Shown here piece after piece: positions 38,609 through 49,982 of a stretch of DNA of 64,000 nucleotides. The notes under the pieces were generated by a model, which was not told where the DNA came from, did no database searches, and worked only from the letters and a program-made list of their open reading frames with translations. Numbering within the stretch: the first letter of the stretch is position 1; every line of letters begins with the position of its first letter. The stretch spans positions 1,550,001-1,614,000 of the forward strand of contig NW_019028979.1 in assembly GCF_002105155.1 (NCBI RefSeq), written 5' to 3'. Position numbers and translations under genes: made by a program. Source of the DNA: Lobosporangium transversale (Eukaryota).

Positions 38609-39321
38609 TAGATGTTTCGCATCCCTGTAATAACAGGTACTAGCATCCTAATGTAAATTATTCAAAATACATTTATTCTTCTGCAATGCTTCGCCGACAG
38701 AAGGGGGAAATCATCCAGCAACAGTGATCTTTCCCCATGTGGCCTGATGAGCGTTTTGTAAAAAGCTTTGGAAACAAGGATACACTGCAGGAGATCTTTT
38801 TTATCCAAGTAGTCGCCAACAAGCGCGATGATTTCTGCAATATCCAGGGGTTGTATAATGCTGTTCATGACAGTCAAGATGATGTGGAATGGTTTTTGGA
38901 GAAGTCTTTACCCTATTTCTGTGCTCAAAGCGCGCGCCAGACGCGTCGTCAGTCCGAGTAGCTCCTATGGAATACACATCATCAGATGCGACATGAGCTA
39001 GAATCATATGTACAATTCTCTTATTGACAAAAAATGACCAAATCTTCCTTGGGTACGGTCTGTGGACCCCTCATCCTTTTCCTCACATACCTCCTTGCCT
39101 CCTACACTCTTTAGTTAAAAACCAATGCCCCTTACTCAATAGCTTGCATGAATCTCCGAGCTATGTCGCCAAAAAGCGATTTTATTTAAAAAAGAAAAAA
39201 GAAAAAGACGCGAGCTGAATAATAACTGCATGCTCTGCCCATATATGCTGTGCCTCGAAAATGGCGCGCTCGATGCGTTATATTCATATAGCTTTAGAAA
39301 TATATTTAATGAAAGCCATGT

Positions 39322-40918
39322 TCATTGTATAAGAGTTATGTCATTGCGAGTAAAAATATTGTCAATCAACACAGCGATAGCTGGATCCACATTTACGCAG
39401 CCGTTTACCCTCAGTAGGTGTGGCCAGTTCTCGGTGATCCACTTCGCTTCTTCCACCCCTATTTGCTGACGATGCTCATTATTAAATCCCAAGTTTCTCA
39501 GATCCTTTAAGTCAGCCAGCATATTCAGACCTGACTTTAATGTCAGGTTTAATGTTTTAATATTACCATCTAGCTTTACCGCTCCAGTCAAGTTAAGGCT
39601 CTGGAGTTTCGTCAGTTTGCCTAGACGGTCAAACACGGTGCGCTGCTTCGCTTCGCCATACCCTCCTCACTCTCCATGTCAATATCATCAGCTGCGCGAT
39701 AGACGGCCGGATCTCTTAGTTCGGAACAGACCCATTCCAGCCCTTCAACAATCTCTGTCGCCGTAATTCCGCCTGATTCCAGCATAGTGAGATGTCCACA
39801 GCTAGACAAGATTAGCTGGATTGATCCATCAGATTTAGACGTGAATGTATTTATGCTCAACCTCTCAAGCGTATCACAGAGCCTAATTCCTCCGCCTAAT
39901 GGTCCTCTGGGTTTGATTAATTCGATGAGACAGAGAGTTCCAAACTTATTACCCATCGCATATAGCTCTCGAAGCTGATTCATCTTTCTCAAAAGAGTCG
40001 CGAAGATCTTGTCCTTACAAAAGAGAAGAGGAGTATATAATGATTCCACATGTGACAATAACCAAGGATATTGTGTTAACGTCTTGCAGAAAATAGTAGC
40101 GCCATCCTGTCCAAGGCTGTTGATCTTGATACTTGAACCAAAAAACGTGAAGGATCTCAACTTTGGACGGCTTCGAACCAATATCGCCAAACTGTGGGCC
40201 GCAGAATATGGGAAAGTACCAGATATTTCAACATCCTTGAGATTCAATTCATGAAGGCTTGTCAAAGTGATAGCAGAAGGTGGACTGGAACTGGGGCTGG
40301 GAGTCAATGGATCACCAGAAGTATCGGTGTTTATTTCAAGACCTCCAATCAGGCTTGCGACAGGCCATTGAGGAATGACCACATCACTTAAATCAAGTTG
40401 GTTGCATACTCGGAGAAACAGGCCAATTTCCTTGGCGGACAGTAAAACGGCAAATTCTGAGTTTCTTCAGATGTGAACATTGAAGTATCGCGTTATAGAA
40501 ATTTCTGGCTTTTGGACGCGAAGGATCAAAGCCAAAATTGATATGACACTCTTGAAGCGAGGAACTGTGGGTAATTATCAACTCGGAAAAGCCATGCTGA
40601 ACATCCTCAAAGTGTTGTAATATCGTAGGCATGGTTTTCAGCTTTCGGAGCTGGATAAATCCACGTAAGAACAAAATATCTTTTAGACAATGCCTTGAAA
40701 CGAAAGTTCCTCAACGTAATGCTTATGCTTCTCAAGTGCCTGATTGTCTGGGAGAAGCATGTAACCCAGAGATCTGATGTTGACAGCTCTCCAGATATAC
40801 TCGATAAATATGGCATGGAAGCCTTGGAAACATGCACACAGGACACGAGGTCAACTCGGTCCAGATAAGAGACTATGCTGTCAAGCACCCGAGGGATGCC
40901 GAATGGATACAATTGCAT
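39322..40918 (-). pseudogene. F-box/LRR(RNI-like) family pseudogene with several frameshifts
   Basis: Successive frames: MQLYPFGIPRVLDSIVSYLDRVDLVSCVHVSK; ILSSCGHL..ITATEIVEGLEWVCSEL; FDRLGKLTKLQSLNL..SGLNMLADLKDL..WITENWPHL. Confidence 0.8.
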
Positions 40919-41417
40919 GTCAAGGAATGGAATGAAAGGAATTGAAAAGATGTGTCTTTCTGTCGGGATGTGATTAAAAATACTGCAACTGAAATCTTTG
41001 ACCATCAGCGTGCTTTATTGTCATTTGGGCGATCCGATTCAGTCAGGCGAAGTATGCACAGCCCAATTTGCTCGACCATGATCGCGATATCTAGTTCCAA
41101 GCAACTCTTGCTCCACATTTGTGATCAACACATAGTTTTTTATTTCGAATCATGTCTCAGTATAACCACTAACTGCCCATCATTCAAGTAAAGATACGAG
41201 CACCCAGGTTCTGAGGTCTAAATACAACGGAGGCAGCGTAAAGGTCTTAGACACACATAAGCGACGAAAGGAGCCTGTTTGAGCAAGATATGAGGTTATT
41301 TATGCTAAGGGAATGTCGAGTGGATGAATTACTTTTTGTAAAAGGCAAAGGAAATGGAGTAATTCATGTTCGTCTAAATGCATATTAAATTTATTATTTA
41401 CAATAAATAGTATCTGA

Positions 41418-43418
41418 CTACATGGAAGAGATTGTGGATCTTCTGACAGAAGGTGCTTGGAAGCTTTGTACACTGGCTCGAACGATGCTTGCACGGGGAT
41501 GAAATGAATAAGGTCGGGGCACATGGTATGCTTGCATAATATTGTCGCTGAAAATGACACTACTGGAGTCGAGATTTGATATCTCTGAGTCACTCTCCGC
41601 TCCCTTCTTGCTGTCGCAGCTAGTGCGATCCGACTGGGCCGTAGCAGCCATGGCAAACGCAAACGGAGCGGCAACAACATTTTGCTGCTGCTGCTGTTGT
41701 GGAATTACATCTTGCTGCACTGCTGCAAACGTATTCAATGGAGAGAGGGAGGGTGAAGATGACGGAGAAGACGACGGAGAAGACGACGGAGAATTAGCAG
41801 GAGAAGTTCTGTAGGATGGAGGCGCGGCTCTATAGGATGGAAGAGCAGGAGAAGATGCAGCCAAGGTATTGGGGGTGAGGTAGGTCATATTCTGTGAATG
41901 TTGCTGCGATGGCAGTGGTGGCAATGGCGACTCTGTAGGCGTGGCAGACTCAAAGGAGACGGATCGAGGGCAAGCAGGGCTGTAAGGCCGAGGTAAGGCA
42001 CCATGCGCATTCAGAGTAGACATACTCGCAGAAGCCATTTCTATCCTATACGTTGGCATCGGACCGTTGTTATTGTTATTGTTGCTATCACCATTGTCCT
42101 CATTGCTAGGCGTGAGACTGGAGATGCGAATGGGCTTGTCGGAGCGGGAGTCTTGCCGTCTACGTCTAGCACTATATATTACTGCGCTTGCAACCAAAGC
42201 GATGAGGCAGAGCGCACCAAACACACCACCAAGAATGGCGCCGAGGTGAGGACTTTTTTCACTCTCTGTTAAGCTCGCTGGATCGGAGGCAAGAGGGTTG
42301 GAAGGAGCATGCGATTGGGATGAAGTGGGCCTAGATGGCTGTCTGGGAGTTTTTGTCGAAGCTGTTGGTACCAACTGAGATTGAGATACGAAGGATGTAC
42401 TCCAAGTATTGGTCTTGATGTTATATACAATTGTGTTATTGACTGGATGCGCTGAGTTGGAGTTCATACCCCCCCAGGCGATGAACTGATCGTTTGAGAA
42501 TGCACACGCAGGCTGTCCACGCTCGCTGCCAGCAGCGACATCGGGACCCTTGGTCCACTCCATTGTCGTGACATCCAAAATGTAGATGTCCCTCATGGTT
42601 GAAGCCTTGCCTTTGGCAAATCCTCCAAAAAGGATCATCTTTGCGCCGTTGTAGGCTGGGACGAGACAGCCTCCTATCCGTGGTGGAGGGATGGTACCCT
42701 TAGCTAAGGGAGTAAGATCCTCCCAGCCACTTGTAGTACTAAAGGAATAAAAGTTCAGATAATCGAGCTTTCCTGTTACGCCTGTGGTCCCTCCGATCAA
42801 CAACATAGCCTTTAGAGCTGGGGTCCACGCAAGCATGTAGTCAGTCGTGTCTACTAATCTTGGCTCCATCATGATCAAGTCAGCCGTCTTGGCTGCCAAA
42901 TGAACACCAAGCATTGAGGTCCTACCGGTCGCAACATCATACTGGCCATTGGGGATGTATACCACCCCTGAGTCTGGATCTGTTGCTGCTGCAGGAACAT
43001 TGAACATCATCAGATTATTCTCCACTGGTTTCCATAAGGTCCAACTGGCGGTTCTAAGAGTGTAGACATACCCAACTGTTGGTCCCATAACGAACCAGCT
43101 TTGAAGATCTGATGAGAAAGCACTGGGTAAGTGGGAGAGTCGAGCAGGTGCATCTGGCAACTTCTTGAAAGATGGATTGGATGTGCTCCATGAGACTGAC
43201 AAGTCAATTAGAAATGTTTGTGGTACATCAGCTGTATCGATAAAGCCGCCAGAAATATATAAGGCTTTGTTTTCGATAAACGAATTAGAAGGCCCACCAG
43301 TGGAGACGGGTTGGAACTTTTGGGCATGGGTGATATCTGGAAGGATGGATGTGAGAGCGAGCAAGAGAATCAGCAAGAAGGGAATAGAAGGGGTATGGCA
43401 AGAGGAAGGGACGAGCAT
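41418..43418 (-). CDS. Kelch-ectodomain type I single-pass membrane protein, copy A (intronless)
   Basis: Signal peptide ending THAQ; Kelch blades LYISGG..DLSVSW, CLVPAYNGAKMILFGG and FIAWGG; Ser/Thr stalk; TM GAILGGVFGALCLIALVASAVIY followed by RRRR; Ser/Pro-rich tail. Confidence 0.85.
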   Translation of the reverse strand: MLVPSSCHTPSIPFLLILLLALTSILPDITHAQKFQPVSTGGPSNSFIENKALYISGGFIDTADVPQTFLIDLSVSWSTSNPSFKKLPDAPARLSHLPSAFSSDLQSWFVMGPTVGYVYTLRTASWTLWKPVENNLMMFNVPAAATDPDSGVVYIPNGQYDVATGRTSMLGVHLAAKTADLIMMEPRLVDTTDYMLAWTPALKAMLLIGGTTGVTGKLDYLNFYSFSTTSGWEDLTPLAKGTIPPPRIGGCLVPAYNGAKMILFGGFAKGKASTMRDIYILDVTTMEWTKGPDVAAGSERGQPACAFSNDQFIAWGGMNSNSAHPVNNTIVYNIKTNTWSTSFVSQSQLVPTASTKTPRQPSRPTSSQSHAPSNPLASDPASLTESEKSPHLGAILGGVFGALCLIALVASAVIYSARRRRQDSRSDKPIRISSLTPSNEDNGDSNNNNNNGPMPTYRIEMASASMSTLNAHGALPRPYSPACPRSVSFESATPTESPLPPLPSQQHSQNMTYLTPNTLAASSPALPSYRAAPPSYRTSPANSPSSSPSSSPSSSPSLSPLNTFAAVQQDVIPQQQQQQNVVAAPFAFAMAATAQSDRTSCDSKKGAESDSEISNLDSSSVIFSDNIMQAYHVPRPYSFHPRASIVRASVQSFQAPSVRRSTISSM

Positions 43419-44466
43419 GTGGAATGTACAGTGGGGCGTTAAGCTGATGTAGAGGAAACGCAAATGCTAATCAAGAGGGTTGAATGGGTGAGTGCGCGAA
43501 GGCATGAATGCGGGGCTATTTGAATGTTTGCACGAATGAATGCGTGGTGGACGTAAGATGTAAGAGAAGGTGCGAGAGAATATAGAAGGGTGTGAGAAGG
43601 ATGTGGGAGGACTTGCGGAGATGTGAGAGGGTATGGAGGAAGAAGAGAAGTCAGTGATGGAAAAGAGAAAGCGGGAGGGTGTGTCCGCTGCGTGAGGAAC
43701 TGAGTGCGAGTTTAGGTGACCAGCTAAGGACAAGAAGGATGAAAGAAAGGAGAGCAGAAAGAAAAGAAGAATTAGAAGAACCGGATGTTTATGATGGTTT
43801 GTAGGCCAAATTTCAACTACAATAAAAAGAAGCTGCTACGTTGTGTCTGGTATGTGTGTCATGCATTGAGATCCCTGAAGAGATCACAGACTTTGAAATA
43901 AGGTCTGTCCTGTGCATTTAAACAAACGAATTGGCAATCGATGTAATAAATTTCCCCTGCCCTGTTTCAGAATTCGGGATAATTGCAAAGAAAAAAAAAC
44001 TCTGTCTTGCCACTCTGTGCCTGAAATGCTTCTTCGCCACACTGAGCGACTCCTGCTTCAATCATGCCTGACGCCTCGGGAAACAGCTTTCCTTTACTAT
44101 TATCAACTTTGCGACGTATTCAACCAAGGACTTTTCTAAAACCTTTCACACATTCCATCTTCTTTGTCCTTCCCTCTATAAAAAAATAATAATAATTCAC
44201 ATAACTCTTTCTTTAAATCTTATGTGTACTATCTTTCTTCCGTTCAAAGAGGTCTTTTTTTTTTCTTTATTTTTATTTTTTTAAAAAAAAAATCATGTTA
44301 ATGAGGTGATGTGTTCATTGGGGACGGAGTAATTTGTAATTTTTATTACTATTGTGAACAATGCAATCTACCATTTTTTAATATTTTACATAGTATGCAG
44401 GAAAATGAGGAAAATGTATAAAGTGATAAATGATGAAAGGAGTCTAACTTTTTATGGCTTCTTGCT

Positions 44467-44849
44467 TTAAGCAATGGCGAAGAACTTCTTATTAATACGG
44501 AAGCGAATGAAGAGCACAAAGAATGCAGCAACGACAGGCGTAATTCCTGCCCACATGATCGCTCCAAGGTACTTGCCGCCTTGAGCGCGCATAATGGCAG
44601 TAGCAATTGGGGCACCGAGCAAGTTACCTAAGGAGATGATTAAAAAAATAAAATAAAGCGAGAAATAAGTATCATGGTTATAACCACGGCTCATTCAAGT
44701 GTAGATTATTCTCTTAGACTGCTTAAATGAAAAAGTACACTTACCAACAACGTTTCCAAAGTAAAGAATTCCGAGCGCAGATGATAAACGCTCGACACCT
44801 ACAACTTGTGCAACAACAACAGGGAAGATGCTGATAAATCTAATGTCAC

Positions 44850-44885
<36 letters not shown>

Positions 44886-46541
44886 AAGTATCAGCCCCTA
44901 GAATCTATTGTAGTTTCCATTTCCCATGCTGTAGATGTTTTACTTACCCTCCACCGAAGAGACCATATGCAACCATGAATCCAGTCAAAATTTGAAGATT
45001 CGAAGCCACGCTCCTAAAATTGTCGACAAAAAAAATGATGTTAAGAAATTATTTGTCGAAAGATCAACAATGCTATGGACTGGAAGATACTGAAGGGACG
45101 TACCAGATAGCGAGACATGAGAGTCCTGCCATGAAACAGCATGTAAATAATGTATTGGTTCGTCCGAGTTTGTCAGCAGCAACACCCAAAATAATTCTTG
45201 ACGCGGCATTAATACCCTTTAAAATTATCAAAAGATAGCTATTAGACTATGATGAATGTAGAAAAAAAAAAAAAGTTTAAGCGTTGTTTATCTTACCGAA
45301 AACATGCTGATCAAATTGGCCCCAGTAGCTGGTGGTTGATTGAGTTCGGTTTGACAGTAGGTTGGAATCAAGAAGATGGGAACCATGTAGCCTAATAGTG
45401 AGAATTGTTATTGTAGAAATACCATAAGTGTATGAAGAAAAAAAAATCGCTCTTTTACTGTATTTCTCAGCTTTAACAGTGTGAAGTTATACCACTTACC
45501 GAAAGTAACAACGAATGCAGTTAGGAGTAACATGGTGAATCCAGGAGCTTTGAATAGCGACAGATCAAAGATGGGACCCTTCTTTACCGTCTTGACTCTG
45601 GGTCGAATGAATACAAAAATGGCAGCCATGAAGCCCAACACTGCAAATCCAATAATCCGTTGACACCATTGGATCCCTACACTCGCGATTAGAACCCTTG
45701 TAAGCGGTGCTAAAGCCAATCCTCCAATACCCGATCCAGCAACTGCAATGCCGTTGGCCAATCCACGTCGTCTCTCAAAATATTGTGCCGTGACTGAAAT
45801 AGAAGAGAAGAATACCAGTCCTCCACCTACACCAAACATGAGGCCTTGTGTCAAATATAAATGCCAGAGCTGGGTAGCAAAACTGGCCAAAATGAAGCCT
45901 AAGGATGCAATCGCAATTCCGACAGCTACAACCGCTCGAAGGCCAATACGCCGAGTCATAGGCGCTACGAAGGGCCCTGGTAAGAACATGGCTGCGGTAC
46001 CGATACTACCGACCCATGAGATTTGAGTTGCAACGGCTCCTGGGAAAGTGTTTTCCTTCAAGAAATGGGCTTGGTAGACACCAAACGTGATATTAGGTGC
46101 GAACGCCCAAAAATTGACTACAAAAGATGCAAGCACAACTAACCATCCAAAGCCACCCTCGGGATAGTCGAGCAATTTGCCCTCCATGGCTGGATCGGGC
46201 ATTTGATTAACATCATCGCCATCTTCAATATCAGTCGATGCCTGGTCCCCTTCATCTTTGGGCTCAAGCTTCTCAGAGATCACGGAGGGGACCTTGGGCC
46301 TTGAACGATTAGAGAAATGTGATCGCTTTGAATGATGAGAATGATGCGAGTACTGGCGTTCAAGATCGTGTTGAGGATAAGGCTCCGTGTGAGTGATGCC
46401 GGAAGATACGGCAAGACTTGCAGAGGAAGGATTCTCAAAGGTCATGGCTAGTGTGGAGGGGAGCTCCGTTGCTGGAGTTGTAGTGTAATTATTGGAAGCA
46501 TCTAGGTGATGCTGATCGATCGAGTCTTCTGTCGGCGACAT
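44467..46541 (-). CDS. Monocarboxylate-transporter-like MFS (MCT/Mch family). Exons 46541-45500, 45391-45297, 45216-45104, 45013-44948, 44839-44745, 44627-44467
   Basis: PEGGFGWLVVLASF, QYFERRRGLANGIAVAGSGIGG and GVAADKLGR; five GT-AG introns keep the frame. Confidence 0.88.
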
Positions 46542-47281
46542 TTATTTTTATTTTCCTTAAATATGCAAATACTTATATCAAGGATAAAATAAACAAAGGA
46601 ATTATATTTGGAGTGGTAGAATTACAGTATTGAAGGCAGAGCGAAAATTTTAAGCAAGGAATATAAAGACAAAAAAACGTGTAAATGCTGTATTATATGG
46701 TGTACGTGTTGAGGAAAAAATGCTGAGAATAGCAGTGGATACAGACAATGCAAATGGATTAAGAGTATAGTAATATATATGAATGATGATGTAAAAAGGA
46801 ATGAAATGCTGGTCTAAATGATAGAAAATAGAAAGAAAAACAGAAAAAGGATCGAAAGGGAAGAGGAAAACATGGCTCTATTTGTACTTTTTTCTTTAAA
46901 GTAATAGGGTTTTTCGCCCAATACTTGTCTGGTGTGCTCAGGTTGAAGTAATGCTCAGAGGGATTGGTGTAAATTGAAGGTATGCATTCGATGAGCAATC
47001 GAAAGTAGGTAGGAAAGAAAGAGAGGGCGGCGGACTTTTGGATCGTATCCAAATCAGGACAATGTTTACAAAGAAAAACCAAGCGGAGAACAGCCGTATT
47101 GTCGAAGCGGTAATATAGACCATACTGAGTATGAGCAAGAATGGATTAAGGATTAAGGTTGCTTGGTCCAATGAACTTTTCTCCTCTCTGTGTGAAGCTG
47201 AGCTTTGATTCCATCTCAAAGTCATAAACGTTTGAACAAAAAGGGAGGACAAAAGAGGGAAGTGCTTAAAAATCATACATA

Positions 47282-47456
47282 TCACCCATTTCATTTGGTC
47301 GCGATCCCATATATCTTTAATCTAAAAACGATAATTTAATTGGCCTTAGTGGCATCTCACTGCCTGACGAACTTGGAACAAGCGAGGTAATTGGCTGCCA
47401 ATATACTTGAGAGTATTCAAAAAATATAAGGGATCGCGACCAAATGAAACGGACTA
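47282..47456. mobile_element. Putative MITE (175 bp, TA-flanked)
   Basis: Perfect 20-bp inverted repeat TTTCATTTGGTCGCGATCCC (47289-47308) / GGGATCGCGACCAAATGAAA (47430-47449), with symmetric TA at 47280-81 and 47457-58. Confidence 0.65.
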
Positions 47457-49982
47457 TACCATATTTTTTCATTTTGACAATCTTGACACTTGGGGATGTG
47501 CGCCTACCCTTTAGCTTCCCTCCTTACAGCATGCATGTTTTGGGCGTACACAAATGGATAAATCTGGTGGTTGTTTGGGAGATAGATTTTCCAAGGCACT
47601 AAGCCCAATAAAGATCCTTTCAATAGTAATCCTCACCAGTTATTAAAGGACAACGTGTCTTTTAACAAAAAAGTTTCTTGCGCAGTGATTGTGGTTCAAG
47701 GATAAGATGATCACAACAAGAGATTTTTTTAAGGAGTCATAGGAGTAGAGTTCAGCTCATCATACATTAGCTGATGGACTACCAGGATTCCTCTCATCAT
47801 CATTCCATCATGCTGACATGGAAGTATATACTTGTTCAAGTGATAGTCCTATACAATCTATAATAGTATTTCTAACCCGTTGTGTGAATGGGAGGTGTAA
47901 ATGGGGCTTTACTCAATGTGGAGCAAGATAACTTGCATGGATATGGGTAGCTTTAAAAGGCTAACCAAGGAGAATTTCGAAATCCCACTTTATTCAATGC
48001 TTTTTGTTTATTTTTGGTAAAGATGATTAATTGAGCACGGAAAAGGTTTTAGCCAGTGAAAAAAAGGATTAGCTTTTATACCTTGGCGGAAAAACATGTA
48101 AATAACAAACAACAGCATTAATAATTACAGAAGGAGATGAGGGATAGAGGACTGGGGGGGCTGGGGCGAGGTGAGAAAGTGGAGATTGCGATCAGTGGGC
48201 GCAGAAGACATCGTGAGTGATACAAATGTGTTTTATTGGGCATGCGCTACAATGGAAAAAAAGAATCCTCGGATATTGACATCAACAAGCATGATTTTCC
48301 GTCTATACTGTTCACTTTGCTCAACCTTACTGGTGCTTATTTATTTTAGTGTTTAACTCAACCACTTAATAGCTCTCTACTGTACTCAAGGGTGTACATT
48401 TATACACATTATTCAATTTACTACCCTTCCATGAAGCGAAAAGTGTTCTACTCTACATCTGCGCAATTTTTTTTCTCTTCGTTTGGACATTAGCATCGTA
48501 TATAAAGCAACTTGTTACTTTCCCTCTTCCGCTGCTCCAGGATGAATGTAAAAAAAAAAAAAAAAAAAAAAAAGACGGATGCTGCAATTGACTCAAAGCG
48601 CAATGATTTTCATACCAAGGTCAAGGGCTACCTGAGAATCCAGCTCTTGATGTACTAGATTATTAAAAAAGGGGTCGCATTTAGAAAATGGGTCCATGCT
48701 TACAGATATTTTACTTTTGCGAAAGCGGAGATGGAGAGACGATCGCTCTTAGTAAAGCTGTATAAACATACTCATTTGATCTTTAATAGCAGTAAACTAC
48801 TTTATCATAATTTATTTAATGCACAGCATGAACCTCAATTTCAAAGGTGTTATAGACTCTATTGGTAGCATCATTGCCTATAATCAATTAATTTCTACCT
48901 ATACGATAAAACAGGCAGGTTGCATGGGCTTTCTGAAAATGACACGAAAACTTTCACGACGTCCTCAGAGTTGGGAATAGCAGAAAGAAATCACCAGATT
49001 TTGACGCGCCGGACACAAAAATTATTGGCGGATCATTTCCGCTTGACTTGACTGCACTCTTTTTTTTTTTTTTTTTTTTTTTTTTTGCAACTTGACGTTT
49101 ATTTAGTTTACAACCATTTCCCTCAAGGATTAGCTTTGGCTTCATTCCTCACTAGTTATTTTCATTTGTTTCCTTCAACTCAATTTTTTTTTTCTTTTCT
49201 TCTCACCTTTATTTCATTTGGCTGTTGTAGCGTTCATTCAATTTACACAACTGCTTGTGGATTCTTGTCTGGTAAAACTGAGTCCGTTTCATGAGATCTG
49301 ATAACTCCACGCCCCTTCTTTAAACTATGCCAGTGCTCTACTTTGAAAGAACTTCGGCTACAATGGTCATAAGATATAATTTTATGATAGAATTAACTAT
49401 GCTTCTCTCCTGATAATAATTGATACCCTCATTAAAAAAAATAAAAATAAAAAACATATAACTGGTCCAGACTGATCAGAAATAAGGGGCTGTTGTTTGT
49501 TATCATATTTCTCATCGTCAAATAGATCATCAGTAACGCTAGTACATTGACAATGTTGACCTCGTAACTGTTTTAACCGTAAGAACAACAATCGTATTGT
49601 CAAAATTACGAAGACCACTACCTCCAGCAATCGCATTTATGTTCAACAGTACAGGAGGCAGACATTGAGGACAATGGTGATGATGTTAAGTCATTGTCAG
49701 AGTCCAACTCAGGACTAACTGTCAACTGCACTGTCATATATTCTTCTTGGGATTACAAACGGTGATATCCTTTTGATAAGCGCCGTGTTTGTCGGAGAGG
49801 AAGAATAGTATAAATTCCAAGCGAAATCATGGGTATATCCGTTTGCTTAATAACCATAGCTATCCAGATGTAGTACATGTATACTGTGCACAGTTTATTA
49901 TAAGCTTTATTCTATATGTCTATTTATTTATTTATTTATTTATTTATTTTTTTTTTTTCCAAACTCAAGGTATGCTTTACAA

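Larger units (their letters stand above)
36791..38868 (-). pseudogene. F-box/LRR(RNI-like) family pseudogene interrupted by a Tc1-like transposon
   Basis: The 5' piece (PLDIAEIIALVGDYLDKKDLLQCILVSK) and 3' piece (ILSS*P..ITMTGIVGGAEWVSTKL..VFRQLANL..GLDELASLKDL..NNWP) match the intact paralogue at 60314-61951; stops and frameshifts present. Confidence 0.8.

Noticed and set aside
41020..41110. Minus-strand LDIAIMVEQIGLCI, resembling an F-box N-terminus; CTAGATATCGC is shared with 62176-62186
   Set aside because: Too short to distinguish from chance without an alignment.
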